From contig CAZBFO010000001.1 of the NCBI GenBank assembly GCA_964491475.1, positions 8,605 to 72,604 on the forward strand: DNA of 64,000 bases. Reading direction: 5' to 3'. The stretch comes from an uncultured Gammaproteobacteria bacterium. Its GTDB lineage: Bacteria > Patescibacteriota > Patescibacteriia > SG8-24. Positions 9,993-19,611 of the stretch are shown here, in pieces (position 1 is the stretch's first letter; each line of letters opens with the position of its first letter). The position numbers were made by a program, and so were the translations under genes. The notes beneath the pieces are model-generated. The model saw nothing but the letters and a program-made list of their open reading frames with translations, did not search any database and was not told the DNA's origin.

Positions 9993-10376
9993 ATGGCAGA
10001 TGCCAAGGTCAAAGTGCTTATCGTAGATGACGACGCGTTTCTCTCCGGCATTTACGCGACCAAACTCGAACTGGAGGGATTCGAAGTGGCGTCCGCCCGC
10101 GATGGCGAAGAGGGACTGAAGGCGGCAATGAAGGAGAAGCCCGCGCTGATCCTTTTGGACGTGCTGATGCCCAAACTGGACGGTTTCGAGGTGCTCAAGC
10201 GCCTCAAGGCCGACGCGGAGACGAAAGACATCCCGGTCATCATGCTCACCAATCTCGGTCAGAAGGAAGACATCGAAAAGGGCCTCGCCGACGGCGCCGT
10301 CGACTATCTCATCAAGGCGCATTTCGTGCCCGCCGAAGCCGTCGAGAAGATCAAGAAGGTGCTGAATTTGCCGTAA
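9993..10376 (+). CDS. Single-domain CheY-like response regulator (PilH-like) embedded in pilus operon
   Basis: REC domain with VLIVDDD, phospho-acceptor D in LLDVLMPKLDG, T in MLTNL and K in YLIKA. There is no output domain. Confidence 0.8.
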   Translation: MADAKVKVLIVDDDAFLSGIYATKLELEGFEVASARDGEEGLKAAMKEKPALILLDVLMPKLDGFEVLKRLKADAETKDIPVIMLTNLGQKEDIEKGLADGAVDYLIKAHFVPAEAVEKIKKVLNLP

Positions 10377-10411
10377 CGTCCAAGACAAGAGAAGCGTTTT
10401 TCCCTTCGACC

Positions 10412-11617
10412 ATGCCACGATTTGAATATCACGCGCGGGACCCCAAAGGTCAGGCCGTCGAGGGCTTGGTCGAAGCCGACACCCTGGACATCGCCACCGA
10501 GACCCTTAAAGACAAGGGTCTCTTCGTGCTCTCCATCGATATCCACAAGGAGTCGGTGACCCAGTATGAGATTCCGTGGCTGAACCGCGTCGGTGCCAAG
10601 GATTTGGTGATCTTTTCCCGCCAGTTCTCGGTGCTGATGGGCGCGAAGGTGCCCTTGGTGCAGGCGTTAAGGACCACTGCGCGGCAGACGCAGCATAAGA
10701 GCCTGCAACGGATCATCTTGGACATCGCGTCCGACGTCGAGGCGGGAACCTCGATGTCCGTGGCCATGGCCAAGCACCCGCAGGCCTTCAGCTCGTTCTT
10801 CATCAACATGATCCGTTCGGGCGAGACCACCGGCAAGCTCGAGGAAATCATGAACTACCTGGCAGACCAGATGGAACGCGACTTCGACCTGATGACCAAG
10901 ATCAAGGGCGCGATGACCTACCCCATCTTCGTCATCGTCGCCATGACCGTGGTCGGCTTCGTCATGATGGTGTACGTGGTCCCCAAGCTGACCGCCACCC
11001 TGACCGAGTCGGGCACCGCCTTGCCGTGGACCACGAAAGCGCTGATTGCCGTGAGCGGTTTCATGCAGTCGCACGTGATTCAGATCGTCATCGGCGCGGT
11101 GCTGTTCGCCGCAGCTTTCCGTTGGTGGACTTCCACGCCCGGAGGTCGCGCCTTGTGGGATCGCATCAAATTGCGTGCCCCGGTGTTCGGCCCGCTGCTG
11201 CGCAACATCTACGTCGTGCGCTTCACCCGTTCGATGTCGACGCTGCTGTCCGGCGGCGTGGACGTGCCGCAGAGCCTGGACATCGCCGCGGACATCGTCG
11301 GCAACGAGTACTTCCGGCAGATCATCATGGAAACCCGCAAGGAGGTGTCGGACGGCAATTCGATCACGAGCGTCTTCATGAAGAGCAGCATCATGCCGGT
11401 GATGGTGCCGCAGATGATGTCGGTCGGCGAAGAAACCGGCCGTCTGTCCGAAGTGCTGGAACGCCTGACCGGGTTTTATTCTCGCGAGCTCTCCAACAGC
11501 GTCGCCAACCTGGTATCGGCCATAGAGCCGCTGATCATGCTGGCGATGGGCGGTGCGGTAGGCATCATGGTGTCCGCCATCATGCTGCCCATGTACAACA
11601 TGGCCAGCAACATGTGA
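10412..11617 (+). CDS. pilC: Type IV pilus inner-membrane platform protein PilC (GspF family)
   Basis: Two GspF repeats, three TM segments, and a typical N-terminus (FEYHARDPKGQAVEGLVEADTLDIATETLKDKGLFVLSI). Confidence 0.88.
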   Translation: MPRFEYHARDPKGQAVEGLVEADTLDIATETLKDKGLFVLSIDIHKESVTQYEIPWLNRVGAKDLVIFSRQFSVLMGAKVPLVQALRTTARQTQHKSLQRIILDIASDVEAGTSMSVAMAKHPQAFSSFFINMIRSGETTGKLEEIMNYLADQMERDFDLMTKIKGAMTYPIFVIVAMTVVGFVMMVYVVPKLTATLTESGTALPWTTKALIAVSGFMQSHVIQIVIGAVLFAAAFRWWTSTPGGRALWDRIKLRAPVFGPLLRNIYVVRFTRSMSTLLSGGVDVPQSLDIAADIVGNEYFRQIIMETRKEVSDGNSITSVFMKSSIMPVMVPQMMSVGEETGRLSEVLERLTGFYSRELSNSVANLVSAIEPLIMLAMGGAVGIMVSAIMLPMYNMASNM

Positions 11618-11708
11618 CTTGATTGCCGCCGGGCGCCGAAGAGGCGCCTTTTGCGTGCACGGGCCTGTTGACACGGCGACGGGGCCATGTGGCCTGCGGA
11701 AAAAGGAT

Positions 11709-11717
11709 GTGCTATAC
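11709..11717 (+). promoter_or_regulatory. Putative extended -10 (TGCTATACT) for pilin 1
   Basis: Extended -10 consensus TGnTATAMT. There is a weakly spaced TTGACA at 11668-11673, about 35 nt upstream, which is too far for a standard -35. Confidence 0.35.
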
Positions 11718-11815
11718 TCTGAAGGTCTAATATCATATGTGGATAAGGTTTTGCCCTGTCCGCGGCTTGGTTTCCGACGTTCGTCGGTCACACCTAAGCT
11801 TGTAACGACCAAACT

Positions 11816-12328
<513 letters not shown>

Positions 12329-12406
12329 AGAGAGAGGCGAGATCGGCATGCGCCGGTTGGCCGGAAAAGCGTCCCCAGGGGGACGTTTTTCTTTTGGTGA
12401 AAAATA

Positions 12407-12415
12407 TGCTATGCT
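12407..12415 (+). promoter_or_regulatory. Putative extended -10 (TGCTATGCT) for pilin 2
   Basis: Same motif class, about 31 nt upstream of the ATG at 12447. Confidence 0.3.
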
Positions 12416-12446
12416 GGTACGGTCTTACGGTTTTAAGCAACTCATA

Positions 12447-12962
12447 CAGCCAAACATGCCGCAGTCCACCTCGGTCAACAGCCAAGGCGCAAAACAGGGC
12501 GCATCGCAAAAGGGTTTCACGCTCATCGAGCTGCTCGTGGTCATCGCCATCGTCGGCCTGCTATCGGTCATCGCCATGGTCGGAATGACCGTCGCCCGTT
12601 CCAAGTCGCGCGACACCAAGCGCGTCGCCGACATTCGGCAAATTCAAAAGGGCCTGGAACTCTTCTATACGGACAATTTGGGCTATCCGACGGTGTCTTC
12701 GGCTGCCGTTCTGGGTCAGGGGACGGCACTTTCGCTCTGCGGTACCGCCTTGAGCGCGACGTGCAGCGGCACGGCCTATATTTCTCGGCTGCCGACGGCA
12801 CCAGACGTCGCCGAAAGCGGCTGCAGCGCCTCGACCTACAGCTACGTCTCGAGCGCCACTGCCGGAACCAGCAGCTCGTATTCGATCGTCTTCTGCCTGG
12901 GGAACAAGGTCGGGGAGCTGAACGCCGGCCTTCGCACGGCGACGCCTAGCGGCATTCAGTAG
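12447..12962 (+). CDS. Type IV major pilin paralog 2
   Basis: MPQSTSVNSQGAKQGASQKG|FTLIELLVVIAIVGLL. The ORF-track entry at 11895 is an artefactual upstream extension overlapping pilin 1 in another frame. Confidence 0.85.
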   Translation, partial: QPNMPQSTSVNSQGAKQGASQKGFTLIELLVVIAIVGLLSVIAMVGMTVARSKSRDTKRVADIRQIQKGLELFYTDNLGYPTVSSAAVLGQGTALSLCGTALSATCSGTAYISRLPTAPDVAESGCSASTYSYVSSATAGTSSSYSIVFCLGNKVGELNAGLRTATPSGIQ

Positions 12963-12967
12963 AAACG

Positions 12968-12976
12968 TGCTACAAT
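12968..12976 (+). promoter_or_regulatory. Putative extended -10 (TGCTACAAT) for pilin 3
   Basis: Lies only 8 nt before the ATG at 12984. This suggests either a leaderless transcript or use of the downstream ATG at 13023. Confidence 0.3.
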
Positions 12977-12983
12977 CCGAGCG

Positions 12984-13493
12984 ATGATTCGTAAGTCGGG
13001 TGTCCGCCCGTTCCGTAGACGTATGCGCCAGCACAACAAGAAGGGTTTCACGCTCGTCGAACTGCTCGTAGTGATTGGCATCATTGCCGTGTTGACGTCC
13101 ATCGCGGTTATCGCACTGGGGAGCGCCCGCAGGAAGGCGCGCGATGCAAAGCGTGTCGCGGACGTGAAGGCCATACAGAACGCGCTGGAACTCTACTATC
13201 AGGAATCGAACGGCTATCCTACGGAGTCGCCGGCAGTCGAACTGGGCCAGGGAAGTTACAAGGCCCTGTGCTCTACCGGCTTTGAGACCACCTGCGGCGG
13301 CACGGCCACCGAGTTCATGGGGCTGGTTCCGACGGCGCCTCTGCCGATGGATGGCGGCTGCTCGGCGGGTCAGAACCGCTACATGTATGCGGCTTCTGCC
13401 GGAGGCGCCTACGACATCACTTTCTGCTTGGGCGACAATTTCGGAGATTATCTGGGCGGCATGCGCACAGCGACCGAGGACGGCATCAATTAG
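12984..13493 (+). CDS. Type IV major pilin paralog 3
   Basis: ...MRQHNKKG|FTLVELLVVIGIIAVL. An alternative start at 13023 (MRQHNKKGF) gives a more typical short leader peptide. Confidence 0.85.
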   Translation: MIRKSGVRPFRRRMRQHNKKGFTLVELLVVIGIIAVLTSIAVIALGSARRKARDAKRVADVKAIQNALELYYQESNGYPTESPAVELGQGSYKALCSTGFETTCGGTATEFMGLVPTAPLPMDGGCSAGQNRYMYAASAGGAYDITFCLGDNFGDYLGGMRTATEDGIN

Positions 13494-13502
13494 CGGGAAA
13501 GA

Positions 13503-13529
13503 AAAAGGGCCCGAGGGCCCTTTTTCTGC
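13503..13529 (+). terminator. Rho-independent terminator after pilin array
   Basis: AAAAAGGGCCCGAGGGCCCTTTTTCT: a perfect GC hairpin followed by a T-run. Confidence 0.6.
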
Positions 13530-13615
13530 TCTTCGGACGGGATGGACAGCATCTGCCATTCGGCTTTCACCCGTGCTATCATTCAGGCAGGAATACCCAC
13601 ATTGACGCGCAAGGA

Positions 13616-14434
13616 ATGCCTGCCTGGTTTGCGGCAAATGACGGTTACGGCCTGACGCCGCTGCTCACGGCGTTCGTTTTCACGTTCGGCGCCATCATCG
13701 GCAGCTTCCTGAATGCGCTGCTGTGGCGGTTGCGGACGGGCGAGAGCATCGTCAGGGGGCGCTCGTACTGCCCCTGCTGTCACCATTCGTTGGCGGCGCG
13801 CGACTTGGTGCCGATTTTCAGCTTTCTGCTTTTGGGCGGGAAATGCCGCTACTGCCGGAAGGGGATTCATCCCTCGTACGTCATGGTCGAGCTGGCCGTC
13901 GGCATCCTGTTCACGCTTTTCGCCCGCAAGGCATTTGCCGCGGGCATGACGAGCACCGATGTCATGTTGGCCGGCCTGCTGCGTGACTGGTACGCGGCGG
14001 CGGTCCTGACGGCGGTGTTCGTGTTCGACCTCCGTTACATGATCATCCCGCGATCAGTGACGTTCCCGGCGAGCGTCATATTGGCGACTGCCGCCGTGCT
14101 GTTGGGCGCGAGCCTGACCAGCGTGGCACTGGGGCTGCTGGTTGGCGCAGGTTTCTTCAAGGTGCAGCACGTCGCGTCGCGCGGCCGCTGGATCGGCGGC
14201 GGCGACATCCACTTGGGAGCGCTCATGGGCGTGCTGCTGGGGTGGCCGCAGATTCTGGTGGCGCTTTTCCTGGCCTACGTCACGGGCGCGGCGGCAGGCG
14301 TGGCCATGCTGGCAGGAAAGCGCGTCGCCTGGAAGGGGCAGCTGCCGTTCGGCACTTTCCTTTCTGCCGCAACCGTCGTGACGATGCTTTGGGGCGACCG
14401 CCTGCTGCAGTGGTACCTGCACATCACCTTCTGA
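13616..14434 (+). CDS. pilD: Prepilin peptidase PilD (A24 family)
   Basis: N-terminal Zn-binding tetracysteine CPCCHHSL...CRYCRKGI. Multi-TM. Has the IGSFLNALLWRL motif typical of PilD/GspO. Confidence 0.88.
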   Translation: MPAWFAANDGYGLTPLLTAFVFTFGAIIGSFLNALLWRLRTGESIVRGRSYCPCCHHSLAARDLVPIFSFLLLGGKCRYCRKGIHPSYVMVELAVGILFTLFARKAFAAGMTSTDVMLAGLLRDWYAAAVLTAVFVFDLRYMIIPRSVTFPASVILATAAVLLGASLTSVALGLLVGAGFFKVQHVASRGRWIGGGDIHLGALMGVLLGWPQILVALFLAYVTGAAAGVAMLAGKRVAWKGQLPFGTFLSAATVVTMLWGDRLLQWYLHITF

Positions 14435-14438
14435 ACCT

Positions 14439-15080
14439 ATGCGAGCGAGATTGCACTCACTGCCGCAGGTGCGGCGCGCGGCGGCGTTCACGCTCGTCGA
14501 GCTTTTGATTTCCATCGCCATCATCTCGGTCATGACAGGCTACGTCGCGGCCAATTACCGCACGGCCCGGCAAAGCGACGAGTTGCGGCAGGGGGCGTCG
14601 CTTCTGGCCAGCAGCGTCCGTCGCGTGCAGACCATGGCTCTGGCCGGCGAGGGCGTGCTGACCTGTTCCGGCGGAGGCACCGTCAAGACCTGTACCAAGG
14701 ATGCCGACTGCAACGGCGGCGGCACCTGCGTGCGCAGCCTGCCGCACGGCTACGGAGTCCACTTGAGCACTGCCACTGCCGCTGCCAGCAGGCAGACCGT
14801 GATTTTTGCCGACCTGAACGGCGATCGGGCCTACCAGGCGGGCGAGGAAATCCGCACCGACAGCATATCCGCCGGCCCGTTCGTCGGCCTGACGTCGCTG
14901 GCGCCCATGACCGCCACGAAGTTCCTCGACATCGTGCTGGAGCCGCCGAAACCGACGGTGTGGTTCAACGCCTCCAACGCCCTGTCGGTATCGACCGTCG
15001 TGCTGACGCATTCGGCCACCGGCAAGACCCGATCGGTGACGATAAACCGCATCACCGGACAGGTGAGCGCGGACTACTGA
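14439..15080 (+). CDS. Minor pilin, GspH/FimT-like
   Basis: Prepilin-type N-terminus RRAAA|FTLVELLISIAIISVMTGY. Begins 5 nt after the pilD stop. Confidence 0.7.
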   Translation: MRARLHSLPQVRRAAAFTLVELLISIAIISVMTGYVAANYRTARQSDELRQGASLLASSVRRVQTMALAGEGVLTCSGGGTVKTCTKDADCNGGGTCVRSLPHGYGVHLSTATAAASRQTVIFADLNGDRAYQAGEEIRTDSISAGPFVGLTSLAPMTATKFLDIVLEPPKPTVWFNASNALSVSTVVLTHSATGKTRSVTINRITGQVSADY

Positions 15081-15088
15081 CCGCAGGT

Positions 15089-15745
15089 ATGCGCAAAGCG
15101 CCTTCCTCACGCAGGGGCCAAAGCATGATAGAAGTCATCATCGCTTCCGGCATCATCATGACGGCAGCTTCGGCTGCCCTGACGCTGGTGTCGTCTTCGA
15201 TCAACGCTGAAAAGAACAGCGAGGCGCAGATCGCCGCAGGCAACCTGGCGCGCGAGGGCATCGAGGCGGTGCGGTCCATCCGCGACACCAACTGGCTCAA
15301 GGGGCAGGCCTTCGATACCGGACTGACAGGCTCCGTGGCGCGGGACTATACCGGCGTGCCCGTTTTCGATCCCGCCGTCGGCACCTGGAGCTTCGATTTC
15401 TATCCCAACAACATCACCAATTTCATGGCGCGGGTGTACCGCTACGTCACGGGCGTCGGCAATGCCGTCGTCGGCCTGATGATTCAGGGCGAGCCGCGGG
15501 GCAGCGGCGTGACGCCGACAGGCGTCGTGCCGACGGGCGCGGTGGTCAGCCCTTACCGCCGGTTCATGGAGCTCGACCCGATGTGCGACAACGGCGCCGG
15601 CGGCTACACCATCGCCGTGCAGTGGACCAGCGACTGCGGCGTCAACAAGAAGATCGGCCTGCGCGTCATCTCGACCGTGCAATGGAAGGTGGCCGGCGCG
15701 ACCAGGAACCTGTCCGTCGAGGAACGGCTTTTTGACTGGCGCTGA
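15089..15745 (+). CDS. Minor pilin, PilV-like
   Basis: ATG at 15089 (MRKAPSSRRGQ|SMIEVIIASGIIMTAASA) with E at +5. The ORF-track start at 14960 overlaps the previous gene. Confidence 0.65.
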   Translation: MRKAPSSRRGQSMIEVIIASGIIMTAASAALTLVSSSINAEKNSEAQIAAGNLAREGIEAVRSIRDTNWLKGQAFDTGLTGSVARDYTGVPVFDPAVGTWSFDFYPNNITNFMARVYRYVTGVGNAVVGLMIQGEPRGSGVTPTGVVPTGAVVSPYRRFMELDPMCDNGAGGYTIAVQWTSDCGVNKKIGLRVISTVQWKVAGATRNLSVEERLFDWR

Positions 15746-15748
15746 CCT

Positions 15749-16378
15749 ATGCTGCACATCCGCGCACACCGCCGCACGACCGCTCCGTCCAAGGGCTTCA
15801 CGCTCATGGAGCTTTTGGTCGTAATGTCGCTGTTCACCACCGTCGTGCTGATCGCCTCGGACATCTTCCTGTTGAGCAACCGCGCTTCGCGCAAGGTGTT
15901 CGGCCTGGAGCGCACGCAGGCCGACGCCCGCTACACCATGGAGGCGATCACCCGCGAGATTCGCACCGGCGTCCTCGACTACGCCTACTATGCCGGCCGC
16001 GGTTCGGCCATCGGCACGCCAGAGCCCGAATTGGCGCTGATCGAGAGCGACAACACGCCCATCAAGTTCAAGGTCAGCGACTCCGCGAACGCCGGCCTGT
16101 GCGCCGATGCCAACAGTTCGCCCTGCCTTCTGGTGACCGTAGGCGCGGCTTCGCCCGCAGCGGTCACTCCCAAGAACGTGGCGGTGATTTCGGCGAAGTT
16201 CTACATCTCGCCGGACGTAGACCCGACCGTGTTCAATACCGCCACGGGCGCATATAATTCGGACATCCAGCCGCACGTGACGGCGGTGCTGGTGCTCCAA
16301 AGCAAGGGCGGCGCGGCGGCGGAACAGTCGGTCATTTACCTGCAGACGACGGCCACCAACCGTTCGTACCGTCGCTAG
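15749..16378 (+). CDS. Minor pilin, PilW-like
   Basis: TAPSKG|FTLMELLVVMSLFTTVVL prepilin N-terminus. Confidence 0.7.
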   Translation: MLHIRAHRRTTAPSKGFTLMELLVVMSLFTTVVLIASDIFLLSNRASRKVFGLERTQADARYTMEAITREIRTGVLDYAYYAGRGSAIGTPEPELALIESDNTPIKFKVSDSANAGLCADANSSPCLLVTVGAASPAAVTPKNVAVISAKFYISPDVDPTVFNTATGAYNSDIQPHVTAVLVLQSKGGAAAEQSVIYLQTTATNRSYRR

Positions 16379-16380
16379 CT

Positions 16381-17193
16381 ATGCACACTCATCTCCACAA
16401 TCCGAGAGGCGCGCGGCAGCGCGGCACGGTGCTGCTGATGGCCTTGATCATCATGTCCGGCGTGGTCATCTCCTCGATGGGCGTCGGTTCGCTGATCGTC
16501 AGCTCTCTGCAGCAGTCCCGGTCGCTGGACAACGGCATCACCGCCTATTACGCGGCCGAGTCCGGCGTCGAGGACGGGCTGTACGCGGTGCGCCATCAGG
16601 ACACTTTGCCGGCATCGGTGACGACGGCAAGGACGCTGGGCAACAACGCGACCTGGACCCGCACCGTGACCAGCAGCGAGTCGGTGGTGTACGCCGGCAC
16701 CATCAGCCAGGACGCGGTCTACGAAATCGCCCTGTACGATCCGGAAGCGTCCACGACTTCGCTGAACATCGGCAGCCTGCAGGTTACCTGGAGCGATTCG
16801 TGCAGCGGATGCAGCGTGGTGCAGACCTCGCTGGTCGGCTGGAAGTCCGGCGGTCCGGTGCTGTGGGATCCGAACGCCACCGTCAACCTTTACACCTGGA
16901 GCGGCAGCGGCGTGGCCATCGCGGTCCCCGACACCACCAAGCTGTACCGATTCCGCATGACGGCCAAGAACGCCGACATGCAGAACGTGCAGATACGGGC
17001 GCTCGACACGGGCGGTGCGCCCACGAACGTCCCCGGACGCGTGCGCATCGACGGCCTCGGCACCTTCAACCAGAACACCCAGAAACTGACCGCCACCCTG
17101 CCTCGCGGCGTGCCCCTTTCCGGCATCTTCGACTTCGTGGTGTTCAGCGAGTGCTCGCTGGTGAAGGGGGGCGCGAGCGGGTCATGCCCGTAA
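16381..17193 (+). CDS. PilX-like pilus assembly protein
   Basis: The N-terminus QRGTVLLMALIIMSGVVISSMGVGSL...AYYAAESG matches the PilX N-terminal domain pattern. Last gene of the pilus block. Confidence 0.6.
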   Translation: MHTHLHNPRGARQRGTVLLMALIIMSGVVISSMGVGSLIVSSLQQSRSLDNGITAYYAAESGVEDGLYAVRHQDTLPASVTTARTLGNNATWTRTVTSSESVVYAGTISQDAVYEIALYDPEASTTSLNIGSLQVTWSDSCSGCSVVQTSLVGWKSGGPVLWDPNATVNLYTWSGSGVAIAVPDTTKLYRFRMTAKNADMQNVQIRALDTGGAPTNVPGRVRIDGLGTFNQNTQKLTATLPRGVPLSGIFDFVVFSECSLVKGGASGSCP

Positions 17194-17227
17194 CGGAAGA
17201 AAGGGATAAACGGATGCACATGCCGAT

Positions 17228-19306
17228 ATGACCATCACGGAAGCGAAAGCGCGCATTGCCGCACTCAAGAAGGAAATCGACCGCCAGCGCTACCTGTATC
17301 ACGTCGAGGACCGTTCGGAGATGTCCGACGCGGCGCTCGATTCGCTCAAGCACGAACTGTATCGGCTGGAGCAGGAATTTCCGTCGCTGATCACGCCGGA
17401 CTCCCCGACGCAGCGCGTCGGCGGCAAGGCGCTGGCAAAGTTCGAGAAAGTCACCCACGCCGCCCCCATGCTCTCCATGGAGGACGTTTTCGCGCCCGAG
17501 GAATTCGACGAGTGGCACGCGCGCGTCGCCAAGCTGCTCGGACGGGAGAAGTTCGACCTGTTCTGCATGGTCAAGGTGGACGGGTTGGCCACCAGCATAA
17601 ATTACGACGACTCCGCCCTGGCGTTCGCGGCGACGCGCGGCGACGGCAGGGTGGGAGAGAACATCACCGAGAACGTCAAGACCATCGAGGCGGTGCCGTT
17701 GGCGCTGCGGGAACCGACGGAGCGCGAGATCGACGCGTTCTGCGCCAAGCACCGCGGCGGCATCGACGAGAAGAAGGTCCGCAGGGCGCTGGAGCGGCGC
17801 AACGGCCGCATCGAGGTGCGCGGCGAAGTCTACATGACGCAGAAGGCCTTCGATGCCCTCAACGCCGAGCAGAAGCGTAGGGGCGAAGAGGCCTACGCTA
17901 ATCCCCGCAATCTCGCCGCAGGAGCAGTGCGCCAGCTTGACCCCAAGATCACCGCCAGCCGCAAGCTGTCGTTCTTCGCCTGGGACCTGGTGACCGACCT
18001 CGGGCAGCGCAGGCATTCGCAGGAGTGGGAGCTGCTGCGGCTTTTCGGCTTCAACGCCAACCGCGAGAGCGTGCTGGCGCACTCGGTGGGCGACGTGCAC
18101 GCCTTTTGGAAGCGGACCCAGGAGCGACGCGCCGAGCTGGGCTATTGGATCGACGGCAGCGTGATACGCGTAGACGACAACGACGCCTACGAACGGCTGG
18201 GCGTCGTCGGCAAGACGCCGCGGGCGATGGTCGCCTGGAAGTTCCCGGCAGAGGAAGTCACCACGGTGGTGGAAGGCGTCTCCTGGCAAGTGGGCCGCAC
18301 CGGCGCGTTGACGCCGGTGGCGCACCTGAAGCCGGTGTGGCTGGGCGGCACTACGGTCAAGAACGCCACGCTGCACAACGCCGACGAGATCAAGCGGTTG
18401 GACCTGAAGATCGGCGACACCGTGGTGCTGTTCAAGGCCGGCGACATCATTCCCAAGGTGAAGGAGGTCATCAAGGCGCTGCGGCCGAAGGGCGCCAAGG
18501 CGGTGCCGTTGCCGCGCGTCTGTCCGGCTTGCGGCGAGCGCGTCGCGCGGCGCGAGGGCGAGGTGGCCATCGTCTGCGACAACCGCGGCTGTCCCGCCAA
18601 GCATGTCGAGTTCATGGCCAACTTCGTTTCCAGGCGCGCCTTCGACATCGACGGTCTGGGCTACAAGGTGGTCGAGCAGCTGATGGACGGCGGCCTGCTG
18701 TCGCGGCCGTCAGACCTGTTCCGGCTCAAGAAGGAGGACTTGATCGACTTGGAACGGTTCGGCGAGAAGTCGGCCGAGAACCTGATCGCCGCCATTCATG
18801 CGCGGCGGCAGGTGTCGCTGCCGCGGTTCATCATCGCGCTCGGCATCACCCATGTGGGCGACGAGACCGCCGTTGATCTGGCGCAGCACTTCGGCACCCT
18901 GGAGAAGCTCCGTCATGCCGCCAAAGAGCAGCTGGAAGCCGTGAACGGCATCGGCGACGTCGTCGCGGAGTCGGTGTTGAAGTGGTTCGCCGACAAGAAG
19001 CATCAGGCCATGGTCGACGACCTGCTGGAGGCGGGCGTGAAGCCGGAGCGCACGGTCAAGCCGGCCAGCGCGCCCTGGCAGGGGATGACCATGGTGTTCA
19101 CCGGCGCGATGGAAGCGATGACCCGCGACGAGGCCAAGGACAAGGCGCGGGCGATGGGGGCGACGGTCAGCGAATCAGTCTCCAAGAAGACCACCTACGT
19201 CATCGCCGGACCCGAGGCGGGTTCCAAGCTGGAGAAGGCCAAAAAACTGGGCGTGACCGTCTTGAACGAAGCGGAGTTCCTCGCTATGCTGGGCAAGAAG
19301 TCCTAA
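17228..19306 (+). CDS. ligA: NAD-dependent DNA ligase LigA
   Basis: Adenylation-site region KVDGLA. Zn finger CPACGERVARREGEVAIVCDNRGCPAK. HhH repeats. C-terminal BRCT (WQGMTMVFTG...VIAGPEAGSKLEKAKKLGV). Confidence 0.92.
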   Translation: MTITEAKARIAALKKEIDRQRYLYHVEDRSEMSDAALDSLKHELYRLEQEFPSLITPDSPTQRVGGKALAKFEKVTHAAPMLSMEDVFAPEEFDEWHARVAKLLGREKFDLFCMVKVDGLATSINYDDSALAFAATRGDGRVGENITENVKTIEAVPLALREPTEREIDAFCAKHRGGIDEKKVRRALERRNGRIEVRGEVYMTQKAFDALNAEQKRRGEEAYANPRNLAAGAVRQLDPKITASRKLSFFAWDLVTDLGQRRHSQEWELLRLFGFNANRESVLAHSVGDVHAFWKRTQERRAELGYWIDGSVIRVDDNDAYERLGVVGKTPRAMVAWKFPAEEVTTVVEGVSWQVGRTGALTPVAHLKPVWLGGTTVKNATLHNADEIKRLDLKIGDTVVLFKAGDIIPKVKEVIKALRPKGAKAVPLPRVCPACGERVARREGEVAIVCDNRGCPAKHVEFMANFVSRRAFDIDGLGYKVVEQLMDGGLLSRPSDLFRLKKEDLIDLERFGEKSAENLIAAIHARRQVSLPRFIIALGITHVGDETAVDLAQHFGTLEKLRHAAKEQLEAVNGIGDVVAESVLKWFADKKHQAMVDDLLEAGVKPERTVKPASAPWQGMTMVFTGAMEAMTRDEAKDKARAMGATVSESVSKKTTYVIAGPEAGSKLEKAKKLGVTVLNEAEFLAMLGKKS

Positions 19307-19314
19307 CGTTTCCT

Positions 19315-19608
19315 ATGAAGCTCACCCCCGAACAGGTTGAAAAGATCGCCACGCTGTCGCGGCTGTCGGTATCCGAAGAAGAACGCGAGACGTTCAGCAG
19401 GCAGCTGTCCTCGATTTTGGAATGGGTCGACATGATGTCCAAGGTGGATACCGAAGGCGTCGCGCCGATGCAGCACGCCGCGCAGCTCGTCAACGTCTTC
19501 GGCACCGACGTCCCCGCGCCGACCGACGCCGAGACGCGCGCCCGCCTGCTGTCGCAGTTCCCCGAGCGCGAAGGCGACTTGCTCAAGGTGAAAGCCGTGT
19601 TCTCGTAA
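19315..19608 (+). CDS. gatC: Asp/Glu-tRNA(Asn/Gln) amidotransferase subunit C
   Basis: MKLTPEQVEKIATLSRLSVSEEERETFSRQLSSILEWVDMMSKVDTEGV is a typical GatC. The ATG at 19315 lies 6 nt after the ligA stop. The ORF-track start at 18982 is an out-of-context extension. Confidence 0.8.
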   Translation: MKLTPEQVEKIATLSRLSVSEEERETFSRQLSSILEWVDMMSKVDTEGVAPMQHAAQLVNVFGTDVPAPTDAETRARLLSQFPEREGDLLKVKAVFS

Positions 19609-19611
19609 GCT

